From Longimicrobiales bacterium (GTDB taxonomy: Bacteria; Gemmatimonadota; Gemmatimonadetes; Longimicrobiales; Gaopeijiaceae): a stretch of 64,000 bases of DNA. The stretch covers positions 1,920,001 through 1,984,000 of the forward strand of contig CBDFMQ010000002.1 of NCBI GenBank assembly GCA_965249725.1. The letters are read 5' to 3'. Every line of letters begins with the position of its first letter. Position 1 is the stretch's first letter. Positions 17,733 through 26,271 of this stretch are shown piece after piece. The position numbers were made by a program, and so were the translations under genes. The notes under the pieces are model-generated. The model saw nothing but the letters and a program-made list of their open reading frames with translations, was not told the DNA's origin and did no database searches.

Positions 17733-17819
17733 TGTAAAGCCATAGGTTGCAAATGAATAGGATAATAGCAAGCTATAACTTTACACAGGACTCGCATTTG
17801 CGCAAGTTATACGTTGACA
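17733..17819. promoter_or_regulatory. Three related 18-bp operator-like boxes upstream of MMP-A
   Basis: TGTAAAGCCATAGGTTGC (17733, +), TGTAAAGTTATAGCTTGC (17785, -), TGTCAACGTATAACTTGC (17819, -). Confidence 0.55.
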
Positions 17820-17864
17820 TCGAAGCCCCCTCCGCCCTGCCGTCCCATCCCCAACCGGAGATGG

Positions 17865-18022
17865 CATATAACGTTCTAGGCCTCCGAACCGGCCCGTCGA
17901 CCACGTTCAGGTAACCCGCAACGGATGTCATCGCCAACGCCTTATTCACGGCACACCGCTCGTGGGCCGGTTGCGTCGAGGGTCGCCGGAGGCGGCCCGA
18001 GCCGGAGGCCCAGTGTTATATG
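17865..18022 (-). mobile_element. attC-like integron cassette recombination site (158 bp)
   Basis: Terminal CATATAAC/GTTATATG, inner GGCCTCCG/CGGAGGCC, central AACCGGCCC/GGGCCGGTT; 18 bp beyond the stop of a minus-strand gene remnant (18041). Confidence 0.72.
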
Positions 18023-18200
18023 ATGTGACGCTGCTCAACCTCAGCCACGTGCGTGGTCTAGTCGAATCCTTCGACCATCAAAGACCTCATGCTGCATGAG
18101 CGTGAGCGGCGAGTTCGCTAGGTCCGCGACCGAGCCACCTGAGAGTTGAGCGAGCGCGCCCGCGCCAGGTCCACGCCAAATGGTGATCACATCGGGATTT

Positions 18201-18227
18201 ATACTTGACATGCAAACTATTTGCATG
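18201..18227 (+). promoter_or_regulatory. MarR operator overlapping a TTGACA -35 box
   Basis: CATGCAAA-CTA-TTTGCATG palindrome; 18201-18220 matches 18713-18732 at 18/20. Confidence 0.7.
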
Positions 18228-18250
18228 CAGATTGCTCTTGTTCACCTGAA

Positions 18251-18694
18251 ATGATCCCAACCCGACAAATGGCTCTTTCTGCGCACCAGCAAGCGATCGT
18301 CTCCCTCATGCAGGCCGCAGGACGAATCCGTCGCCAGTTCGGGGATCTGCTGGGGGAGGAGGGGATCGGTTCTTCTCAGTACAACATCCTCCGCATTCTG
18401 CGAGGGGCAGGGGGACCGCTCGCCATCATGACGATCCGGGATCGCATGTTCGATCCGCAGCCGTCGATCACACGACTCATCGATCGACTCGTCGAGCGCG
18501 GACTGGTGTATCGCGAGCCGTGTGCGGACGACCGACGCCGTGTGGACTGCACGATCACGGCGGAGGGTCTCGCGGTGCTCAATCGGCTGGACGAGCCGGT
18601 CGACGTGCGGGATCGGGAGCTCATGGCCCGGCTCACGAAGGCTGAGCTGGAGGCGCTGTCGACGCTGCTGGAGCGCGTCGGCGAGCCGAGGTAG
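18251..18694 (+). CDS. MarR family transcriptional regulator
   Basis: QYNILRILRGA, ITRLIDRLVERGLV and DRRRV..IT..G motifs. Confidence 0.92.
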   Translation: MIPTRQMALSAHQQAIVSLMQAAGRIRRQFGDLLGEEGIGSSQYNILRILRGAGGPLAIMTIRDRMFDPQPSITRLIDRLVERGLVYREPCADDRRRVDCTITAEGLAVLNRLDEPVDVRDRELMARLTKAELEALSTLLERVGEPR

Positions 18695-18712
18695 GCAATT
18701 TTCTTTCGACGA

Positions 18713-18732
18713 ATACTTCGCATGCAAACTAT
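18713..18732 (+). promoter_or_regulatory. Second MarR box upstream of the NmrA-like gene
   Basis: ATACTTCGCATGCAAACTAT. Confidence 0.65.
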
Positions 18733-18760
18733 CGAGAACAGGTTGAAAAGGAGCGGGATC

Positions 18761-19639
18761 ATGACGAACCAGAAGCGGCTGGTCTTGGTGACGGGGGCGA
18801 CGGGACAGCAGGGTGGTGCAGTCACGCGCGCACTGCTCGAGAGCGGACACGACGTTCGCGCCATGATTCGGGACACGCAGAGCGAGAAGGCTGTAGAACT
18901 CCGGCACATGGGTGTGGAGCTCGTCGAGGGCGACATGGAAGACACGGCGAGCATCGCCGCGGCTGCCCAGGGCGTGGATTCGATGTTCGCGGTGACATCA
19001 CCTTTCGTGGGGGGCACGGACCACGAGACAGAGCTAGGGAAGAACCTCGTCGACGGTGCGGTAGCCGCCGGCGTTGGTCACGTCGTGTACTCCTCCGTGG
19101 CCTCGGCTGACAAAGGGACAGGGATCCCCCATTTCGAGAGCAAGTGGCAGGTGGAGAAGCACCTGGTCGAGTCGAATTTGGACTGGACTGTTACGGCCCC
19201 GGTGTTCTTCTATGAAAACACCTCTTCCCCGTGGCTCGCTGAGGACCTAGCGAGGGGACGGTACCGGCAGGCCATGCCCGTCGACCGGGATCTGCAGATG
19301 ATAGGCTTGGCTTCGATCGGGGCGTTCAACGCCATCGTGATCGCTGGACGCGAGGACTTCTACGGCCAGCGGATCGACATCGCTTCCGATGAGCTCTCGG
19401 GTGCTAATACAGCCGCGGCGCTCTCCGCCGCGACAGGGCATACGGTCACGTTCGAGGAGCAGCCGATTGACGAAGTGCGAGCCGGCGTCGGCGAGGACAT
19501 AGCGCTGATGTACGAATGGTTCAACGAGGTCGGTTACGACGTCGACCTCGTTAGGCTGCACGCCCGGTTCCCGAGCGTCGGTTGGGCGTCTTTCTCCGAT
19601 TGGTCCGCGGGGGCGCTCGCGCCGGTGGGGGCATCGTGA
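18761..19639 (+). CDS. NmrA/HSCARG family NAD(P)-binding protein
   Basis: VTGATGQQGGAV, VYSSV and PHFESK motifs; RBS AAGGAG. Confidence 0.92.
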   Translation: MTNQKRLVLVTGATGQQGGAVTRALLESGHDVRAMIRDTQSEKAVELRHMGVELVEGDMEDTASIAAAAQGVDSMFAVTSPFVGGTDHETELGKNLVDGAVAAGVGHVVYSSVASADKGTGIPHFESKWQVEKHLVESNLDWTVTAPVFFYENTSSPWLAEDLARGRYRQAMPVDRDLQMIGLASIGAFNAIVIAGREDFYGQRIDIASDELSGANTAAALSAATGHTVTFEEQPIDEVRAGVGEDIALMYEWFNEVGYDVDLVRLHARFPSVGWASFSDWSAGALAPVGAS

Positions 19640-20070
19640 GCGGCCCTCGCGTCGTTCACCCGCACGATGTGGCGACCGTGATCCACGGTGCCGGCGACGA
19701 ATACCGCTACCTCGCAACGGGTGCACACACGGGCGGGGCCTACTTCATGCTCGAGGCCGTCGTCCCACCCGGTGCCGGACCACCGCCCCACGTGCAGACG
19801 CGTGAGGACGAAGGCTTCTACATGCTAGAGGGGACTCTGACCTTCTACCCGGACGGCGAAGAGGTCGTCGCGGGCCCCGGTACATTCCTTCACGTCCCGC
19901 GCGGCGTAGTACACAACTTCAAGAACCTCACCGACGAGTCGGCACGGGTGCTCATTTGGTTCGCACCGGCCGGCATCGAAGAGATGTTCAGCAAGATGGC
20001 GGCGGACCCGGAGCGGTACCTGCAGATCGGTGCGGAATACGGCGTTACTTTCCCAGGTATTGAGGGATGA
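19636..20070 (+). CDS. Cupin domain protein
   Basis: GPPPHVQTREDEGFYMLEG..PRGVVHNF; GTGA overlap with the upstream stop. Confidence 0.88.
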   Translation: MSGPRVVHPHDVATVIHGAGDEYRYLATGAHTGGAYFMLEAVVPPGAGPPPHVQTREDEGFYMLEGTLTFYPDGEEVVAGPGTFLHVPRGVVHNFKNLTDESARVLIWFAPAGIEEMFSKMAADPERYLQIGAEYGVTFPGIEG

Positions 20071-20154
20071 CGGACGCTAGCCGGCCCACTCATCCTCTCG
20101 CGTCGTCTGGACGTGCTGAACTCCCGTCAAAGAACGGCTTAGAAGGAGATAGCC

Positions 20155-20727
20155 ATGCCAAAGTGGACATTTGAACCCGGTCACACTGCTGCGGCATTCC
20201 GCGCGCGGCATATGATGGTCACGTGGGTGAGGGGCTCCTTCAAGAACGTCCATGGGACTTTGGACTTCGATCCGGAGAACCCCAAGCTGTCGTCGGTCGA
20301 GGCGGTTATCGATGCGGACGCCCTCTGGTCGGGCGACCACGATCGTGACGTGCATCTTCGATCTCCAGACTTCCTCGACGCTGAGTCACACGCTCAGATC
20401 TCCTTCAAGGGGAATCACGTGGAGCTCATCGGAGACCATGATTACCTCGTCCGCGGTGATCTCACGATTCGAGGTGTGACCCGTGAAGTGCCCCTCAGGG
20501 TCAGGTACCTAGGGAAATGGCCGACGCCTTGGTGGGAGGAGGTCGACGGCGAGTGGGTCAACAAGGGGCCGAAGCTACGAGCAGGCTTCCTGGCCGAGAC
20601 CGAGATCAATCGACATGACTTCGGAGTGTCGTGGAACGACAAGATCGACAGGGGGGGTCTCGTCGTCGGCGACACCGTCTATATCACGATCGACGCGGAA
20701 GCCGTTGCGGAGGAGGACCGAGCTTAG
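20155..20727 (+). CDS. YceI family protein
   Basis: F.ARHMMVTWVRGSF, RDVHLRSPDFLD and INRHDFGVSWN motifs. Confidence 0.92.
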   Translation: MPKWTFEPGHTAAAFRARHMMVTWVRGSFKNVHGTLDFDPENPKLSSVEAVIDADALWSGDHDRDVHLRSPDFLDAESHAQISFKGNHVELIGDHDYLVRGDLTIRGVTREVPLRVRYLGKWPTPWWEEVDGEWVNKGPKLRAGFLAETEINRHDFGVSWNDKIDRGGLVVGDTVYITIDAEAVAEEDRA

Positions 20728-20781
20728 CAGCGCGTCTTGGCCAGCGGCCGGACTGCCCGGGAATCAAGCGCCTGGCGAGAG

Positions 20782-20805
20782 GTTGTCCTGTCGGTTCTCC
20801 TGTCG
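20782..20805 (+). repeat. 12-bp direct repeat (arm-site-like)
   Basis: GTTGTCCTGTCG-GTTCTCCTGTCG about 105 bp before the tRNA-Ile fragment. Confidence 0.5.
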
Positions 20806-20909
20806 ATTGAACCCGGCAGATCACGGCATCGGGGAATCGCGAAGGCGGCAAATCGCGCGATCCATCTGAGTTTTCCGACATCTTGCCGTGATTCCGACCC
20901 CTACTCAGG

Positions 20910-20955
20910 CGCCTGATAAGCGTGAGGTCGGTAGTTCGAGTCTACCCAGGCCCAC
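20910..20955 (+). mobile_element. att-like 3' half of tRNA-Ile(GAT)
   Basis: CGCCTGATAAGCGTGAGGTCGGTAGTTCGAGTCTACCCAGGCCCAC is the anticodon arm, T-arm and acceptor end of tRNA-Ile; no 5' half. Confidence 0.85.
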
Positions 20956-21043
20956 TTGTGGAAAGAACTGCCCCGCTTGGTCTTAGGTGACTGGGCGGGG
21001 TTTCCGCTCTAGCGGTGAGAGTACCGCGGTGACCGGAGGGACG

Positions 21044-21691
21044 CTACACGATCCGGCCGCCCTGGTAGATCCTCGTTCCGTGCGTCGTGTGAAGCACCAA
21101 GCGAGCGTCTTCGCGGCCGTGGCAGCGCATCAGGTCGAGCATCATCGGCTCCTCCCCCATCCACGGGAATCCGTAGACGACATCGAAGTCGCCGAGCGCT
21201 CGCCCCAGCTCCAGGTAGCCAGACGGCCCTTGACCGATGGTTCCGTGGCGGCCATTGCCGCTTGAGCGTTTCCATTCCCATCCCATCGGAATGAAGCTCC
21301 CCGCAGCGAACCGCGCGTTGGAATGCCACCGTGCGGCGAGTTCCCGCGCAAGGTCGACGAGAGATGAGTCGAGCTCGATACCGCAGGAATCAAAGCCGAG
21401 CAGGTCCGCCATGATCGTGATGACGCCCGTGGCCGATCCCCACTCGAGGAACCGTCGACCCGGCTTGCGGAGCGACATCAGCGTGGTCCGGACAGAGTCG
21501 TAGTCGGCGGCCACGAAGGGGTGCCAGTCGTCCTGGCGGACCTCCGCGTCGAAGCGGTGCCAGAACTCACGACCTTCCTCGCACAGCGCATCGATGCGTG
21601 CGCCGAGCTCCCGGTCGAGCTCGGGCGCTACGTCAACCGTTATCGGGCGGTCCCGACTCGGGAGGAGTCTCGTCTGCGGCTTCACCGCCAT
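21044..21691 (-). CDS. Class I SAM-dependent methyltransferase-like protein (start uncertain)
   Basis: FLEWGSATG motif I, CGIELD, DFDVVYGFPW. Confidence 0.75.
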   Translation of the reverse strand: MAVKPQTRLLPSRDRPITVDVAPELDRELGARIDALCEEGREFWHRFDAEVRQDDWHPFVAADYDSVRTTLMSLRKPGRRFLEWGSATGVITIMADLLGFDSCGIELDSSLVDLARELAARWHSNARFAAGSFIPMGWEWKRSSGNGRHGTIGQGPSGYLELGRALGDFDVVYGFPWMGEEPMMLDLMRCHGREDARLVLHTTHGTRIYQGGRIV

Positions 21692-21809
21692 CGGGCGCCG
21701 TGTTGGCTTCCTCTTCAACTCTGCGGCGTTCCGCCTTCTCCTCCTTCTTCTTCTTCTTCCTGACCTCTCGCTGCTGCTTCTCGAAGCCGTAATTCGTTCG
21801 TCTCGCCAC
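21633..21809 (-). CDS. Small basic protein (58 aa), absent from the ORF track
   Basis: RBS AAGGAGG plus GTG; MARRTNYGFEKQQREVRKKKKKEEKAERRR..., resembling the widespread NYxFEKxQRE small-protein family. Confidence 0.7.
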   Translation of the reverse strand: MARRTNYGFEKQQREVRKKKKKEEKAERRRVEEEANTAPDGGEAADETPPESGPPDNG

Positions 21810-21981
21810 GGTCCCTCCTTATGCAATCGACTCGCGCCCTCCCGAGTGGAGTCCGCGCGATGTTGGACGGAAGGGGCCCCACGGGCTGCGCTCAAGAGGG
21901 GCGTTCGTCGTCCAGGTCCTCTGAGAATGTACTTCATTCACCAGTGGAGGAAGCAGGTTGGCCGCGTTGGTGGGCTAGCGG

Positions 21982-23166
21982 TTACTCGATGCCGCGTAGC
22001 ATTTCGGCTGCAGCTTCCCGCTGAGACAGCTTCGTGGATTTGCCCTGGAAGATGCCCCCCGAGCCGCCTCCGCGGCCTCCCAGCAGTTCCGCCACTCGCG
22101 GGCCAACCTCCTTCAGATCCGTGGCAGTCCCGTCCCCGGCCCCGATGATGAAAGCGCCGTCCTCCCCCGCGCCGCTCGTCAGGAATACGACACGGTCTGG
22201 GTCCACGCGCACCACCTCCCGGGCCACACCTTGAAGGAAGGGTAGGTCGCGCCGAGGCCAGTGGGCCGTCAGGACGCGGTCTGGCCCGGCCACGAGCGCT
22301 TCGGCGGCGCAAGCCGCGAGTTCCTTCTCCAGGTCACGGATCGTGCGGTCCGCGTCCTTCAACTGCTCGAGCCTCGCCGTCAGGTTGTCCACCAGCTCGT
22401 CATCGCACGCTCCGAGCAGGGACCGCAATTCCGCGTTCCGGTCGTGATGCGCCTCATGAAGCCTGCGTAGCCTCGCGCCCGCCGCGTAGAAGAGCCGGGT
22501 GCCACCCCGCGTCGCCTCGGTACCCAGAAGCTTCAGGGCCTCCAGCTCGGCCGTGGAGGCGCAGTGGGTCCCACCGCACGTGTTGAGATCGACTCCCTCG
22601 ATTTCAACGAGCCGAATGCTCCCCGTGTGCCCCTCGGGGAGCCCCCTACTGCGGATGGGCAGCCCTTCGTACTCCTTCTGGCTGACCCGTCGCGTGGTCA
22701 CCGGTCGGGCCGCGCGGATCTCGGCTGCGACGGCCTCTTCCAGCTCGTCCAGCTCCTCGGCGCTTAGGTCCGGACTGTCCAACTCGATATCCGATATCCG
22801 ATCCCCCAGATGGAAGGCTTGTGTGTGCCAACCGAATCGCTGGTCCGCAACGGCCGTGAGGAGATGCTGACCGGTGTGCTGCTGCATGTGGTCGAAGCGA
22901 CGCTCCCAATCGAGCTCGACCGTGACTTGGCCAGACGGTGCCGAACCGCTCAGGAAATGGCGTATTACTCCACCCGACTTCTGGACGTCGAGGACAGGGA
23001 TGCCGTCCACCGTCCCCCGGTCGGCTGGCTGGCCCCCGCCCTCGGGGTAGAGGATCGTGTCGGCGAGGACGACGAACGGCCGGCCCTCGTCCTCACCGGC
23101 GCCTACGACTTCGGTGTCGAGGCGAGTCAGACTCGGGTCGCGTTCAAAAGCGAGAATGTCGGACAC
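21982..23166 (-). CDS. Alanyl-tRNA editing protein (AlaX-like with DHHA1 domain)
   Basis: YPEGGGQPAD, HMQQHTGQHLL, CGGTH and GGRGGG motifs. Confidence 0.92.
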   Translation of the reverse strand: MSDILAFERDPSLTRLDTEVVGAGEDEGRPFVVLADTILYPEGGGQPADRGTVDGIPVLDVQKSGGVIRHFLSGSAPSGQVTVELDWERRFDHMQQHTGQHLLTAVADQRFGWHTQAFHLGDRISDIELDSPDLSAEELDELEEAVAAEIRAARPVTTRRVSQKEYEGLPIRSRGLPEGHTGSIRLVEIEGVDLNTCGGTHCASTAELEALKLLGTEATRGGTRLFYAAGARLRRLHEAHHDRNAELRSLLGACDDELVDNLTARLEQLKDADRTIRDLEKELAACAAEALVAGPDRVLTAHWPRRDLPFLQGVAREVVRVDPDRVVFLTSGAGEDGAFIIGAGDGTATDLKEVGPRVAELLGGRGGGSGGIFQGKSTKLSQREAAAEMLRGIE

Positions 23167-23430
23167 ATGGACCTCGGGATGGGTGGGTGTGAGGGTCAGC
23201 AAGGTGTCGCGGCGGTGGGTGCGGCTGCAAGCCGCCGGAACAGCCCTACCTGACCCCTCCGTCCACACATCGTGACACTCGCCGTCCCGCATTCCGGTCA
23301 CTCCAGGGACCTTTGGAGCCACAAGACCGGTCCTATCCCAGGAATCTTTGCGATTAGCATGACTCTTACAGGTCGAGCTGCGGCGACCGATAGCGGTTCA
23401 GGTCAGTTCACGAGGGCGAGGGGGGTATCG

Positions 23431-24724
23431 ATGGGCTGTCGCACCGTGGTAGCTGTGGTGATCTCGTTGGTATTGGTCGGTGCAGCGCCGCTGCTTGCCC
23501 AAGAAGACGCTGACGCCGAGCGGATCAGGGTGTTTCTGGACTGCCAGCCCTTCATATGCGACTTCGACCTGACCCGCCGTGAGATCACCTGGGTGGCGTG
23601 GGTAAGGGACCGTGCGGATTCCGAGGTGCATGTCTTGGTCGCGTCGACCGCAGCGGGTTCGGGAACCGTGTACGACATCAGCTTCATCGGGTTGGGCCGG
23701 TTCCTGGGCCACGACCACGACCTGAGCCACTCCGCTTCATCTACGGACACAGCGGACGAGCGCCGCCGGGGGTTGATCGCGAAATTCGAGGTCGGCCTCG
23801 TGACGTATGCGGGCTCGACCCCGGCCGCCGATTTCCTCCGGGTCCAGTATCGGGGACCCGGCACAGACGGTCGGGGTGGAGCGGTGCAGGCCACCCCCGA
23901 GGATGATCCGTGGAACCTGTGGGTCTTCACGGTGAGCATTGGGGGCTCGGCACGGGGCCAATCCCGCACCTCCTCGGCCAGTGGGAACGGGTCCCTCAGT
24001 GCCAACCGCACGTCGGAAGCTTGGAAGTTCGAGTGGGGTGCCCGGCTTCGATACTCCGAGGATCAGTTCGAGCTCGACGACGGCTCCACCGTGACGAGCA
24101 TCCGGCGCAGCTCCGGCACGGACGTAATGCTGGTGAAGCATGGGCGACCATTGGGGTATGGGCGGGCGGGCCTCCGTCACTGCGAATACCTTCGACAACA
24201 CCGACAGCAAAGCGAGCCTTCAGCCCACGATCGAGTACAACATCTTTCCTTACTCGGAGTCGAGCAGGCGTCAGCTCACGCTGCAGTATCACGTCGGGGC
24301 GTCTCGGGTTCGGTATGACCAGGAGACGATCTTCGAGGTCACCGGGGAGAACATCTACGAAGAGAGCCTGACCGCCGGTTTGAGCCTGCGACAACCGTGG
24401 GGATCCGTGTCCACGTCGCTTTCGGCCTCCCACTTCCTCGACGACGTCCAGAAGAATCGGTTGAGCCTGTTTGGTAGCGCGAATTTCCGCATTGTCCGGG
24501 GACTCTCGATCAACTTCTTTGGCAACATCTCGCGGCTTCGGGACCAAGTATTCCTGGCTCGGAGCGACGCCTCGGACGAAGACGTCCTGCTGCGCCGTCG
24601 CGCCCTCGAGACGAACTTCGACTACTTCACGAACATCAGCCTCCGCTTCACCTTCGGCTCGATCTTCAATGACATCGTGAATCCGCGCTTCGGAGGCGCG
24701 GGCCGAGAGTTCTTCTTCTTCTAG
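23431..24724 (+). pseudogene. Outer-membrane beta-barrel-like protein split by a frameshift near 24138
   Basis: Signal peptide, RVFLDC and DPWNLWVF in the first frame; continues as MGDHWG..EYNIFPY..IFNDIVNPRF in a second frame; may be a sequencing error. Confidence 0.7.
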
Positions 24725-24931
24725 ACGCGGTTGAGGTCCGGATCGAGAGTCCCTGCTCTTCAACGCGCTGTGGGGGTCGTCGATCGAAGAACTGCCCACG
24801 GGGGGCGCCGGGCGCGTGCGGGGGCGGATAGCTCAGAGAGCCGCTGGTAGGACTTCGCCCCACTAGCCCCCCCACGTCCGTAGTTTGTAGCTTCCGATCG
24901 CCCTGATCGGGCATACACATACGGAGACTCC

Positions 24932-26271
24932 ATGCGTTTGGTGATCGTAGTGGGCGGCGGCGAGGTCGGCTTCCATCTCGCTGAGCGTCTTTCCGAAGAG
25001 ATTCAAGACGTCGTGCTGATCGACTCCAGCGCGGAACGAGCCGAGGACGTGGGCAATCGGCTCGACATCATGACGGTCGTCGGCAACGGGGCCTCCCTGT
25101 CCGTTCTCGAAAAGGCGGGCATAAAGGACGCCAAGATGGTGTTGGCCGTGACGAGCGTCGATGAGGTCAACCTCATCGCGAGCCTCGCCGCGCGGCGACT
25201 CGGGGTCGAATACGTGGCCGCCCGCATCTCGAGCCCGGAGTACTATGAGCGCGGTAGTGTGCTCTCGCGTGACGACCTCGGGATCGACCTGATGATCAAC
25301 CCCGAGCGCGAGTGCGCGCGCGAGACTTTCGAGTTGATTCGGAGTGAGGTAGCGACGGAAGTCGCCTCGTTTGCCGGTGGCCGAGTGCGCCTGCTCGGTC
25401 TCAAGGTCCGTGAGGGTGCTCGGGTGGCGGGGAAGTCGTTGAAACAGCTCGGAGCGGAGCTCGCCGACCATCACTACGTCACGGCCGCGATTCAGCGCGG
25501 GAAGGAGACCATCCTTCCGGGCGCCGACGATAGGATCGAGGCCGGGGACCACGTCTATCTGCTCTCTCCCCAGGGTGAGCTGGACGACATTCCTCCGGCT
25601 ATGAGCCGTTCAAGCTCCAGCGGGTCATGATCGCGGGCGGCACGCAGGAGGCCTTCCATATCGCGGAGCTGCTCGCGCAGCACGGCGTCGAGGCGACGAT
25701 CATCGACAGTGACCGGAAGCGCTGCCTCGAACTCGCCGAGGCGCTGCCCAAGGCGCTGGTGCTCAACGGAGACGCCACGGACCTGGAGCTGCTGGAGATG
25801 GAGGGCGTGGCCGGGATGGACGCCTTCGTGGCGAGCACCGGAAACGATCAGACGAACCTGCTGTCCAGTCTGCTGGCCAAGACGGTGGGCGCCAGGAAGG
25901 TCGTGTCGCTGATCGACGACTTCTCCTACCTGCACTTGATCCCGCGCCTGGACATCGACGCGTCGGTCTCGCCGCGGCTATCCACGGTGAACGCCATTCT
26001 CCGTGACGTGCGCGGGCAGAGTATCACTAGCGTCGCGACGCTGAAGGGGATCGACGCGGAGGCCATCGAGTTCGAGGTGGGTGAGGGGTCGAAGATGGTG
26101 GGCAAGCGATTGGGTGACGTGCACTTCCCCCACGGGGGGATCGTCGGCTTGCTGGTCCGGGGCGAGGAGGTCTTCGCACCTCAGGGCGACACCGAGTTCA
26201 TGGTGGGTGACATTGCGGTCGTGTTCGCTCTGCCGACCTGCATCCGCGACATCGAGAAGCTGTTCGCCTGA
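24932..26271 (+). pseudogene. trkA: Trk potassium uptake protein TrkA split by a frameshift near 25595
   Basis: Two RCK halves (GGGEVG..; ..RVMIAGG..LNGDATD) in different frames; second frame reads GYEPFKLQRV from 25597. Confidence 0.85.

Noticed and set aside
20910..20955. Functional tRNA-Ile gene
   Set aside because: The acceptor 5' strand and D-arm are missing.
25585..25630. Programmed ribosomal frameshift in trkA
   Set aside because: No slippery sequence; a short deletion or sequencing error is simpler.
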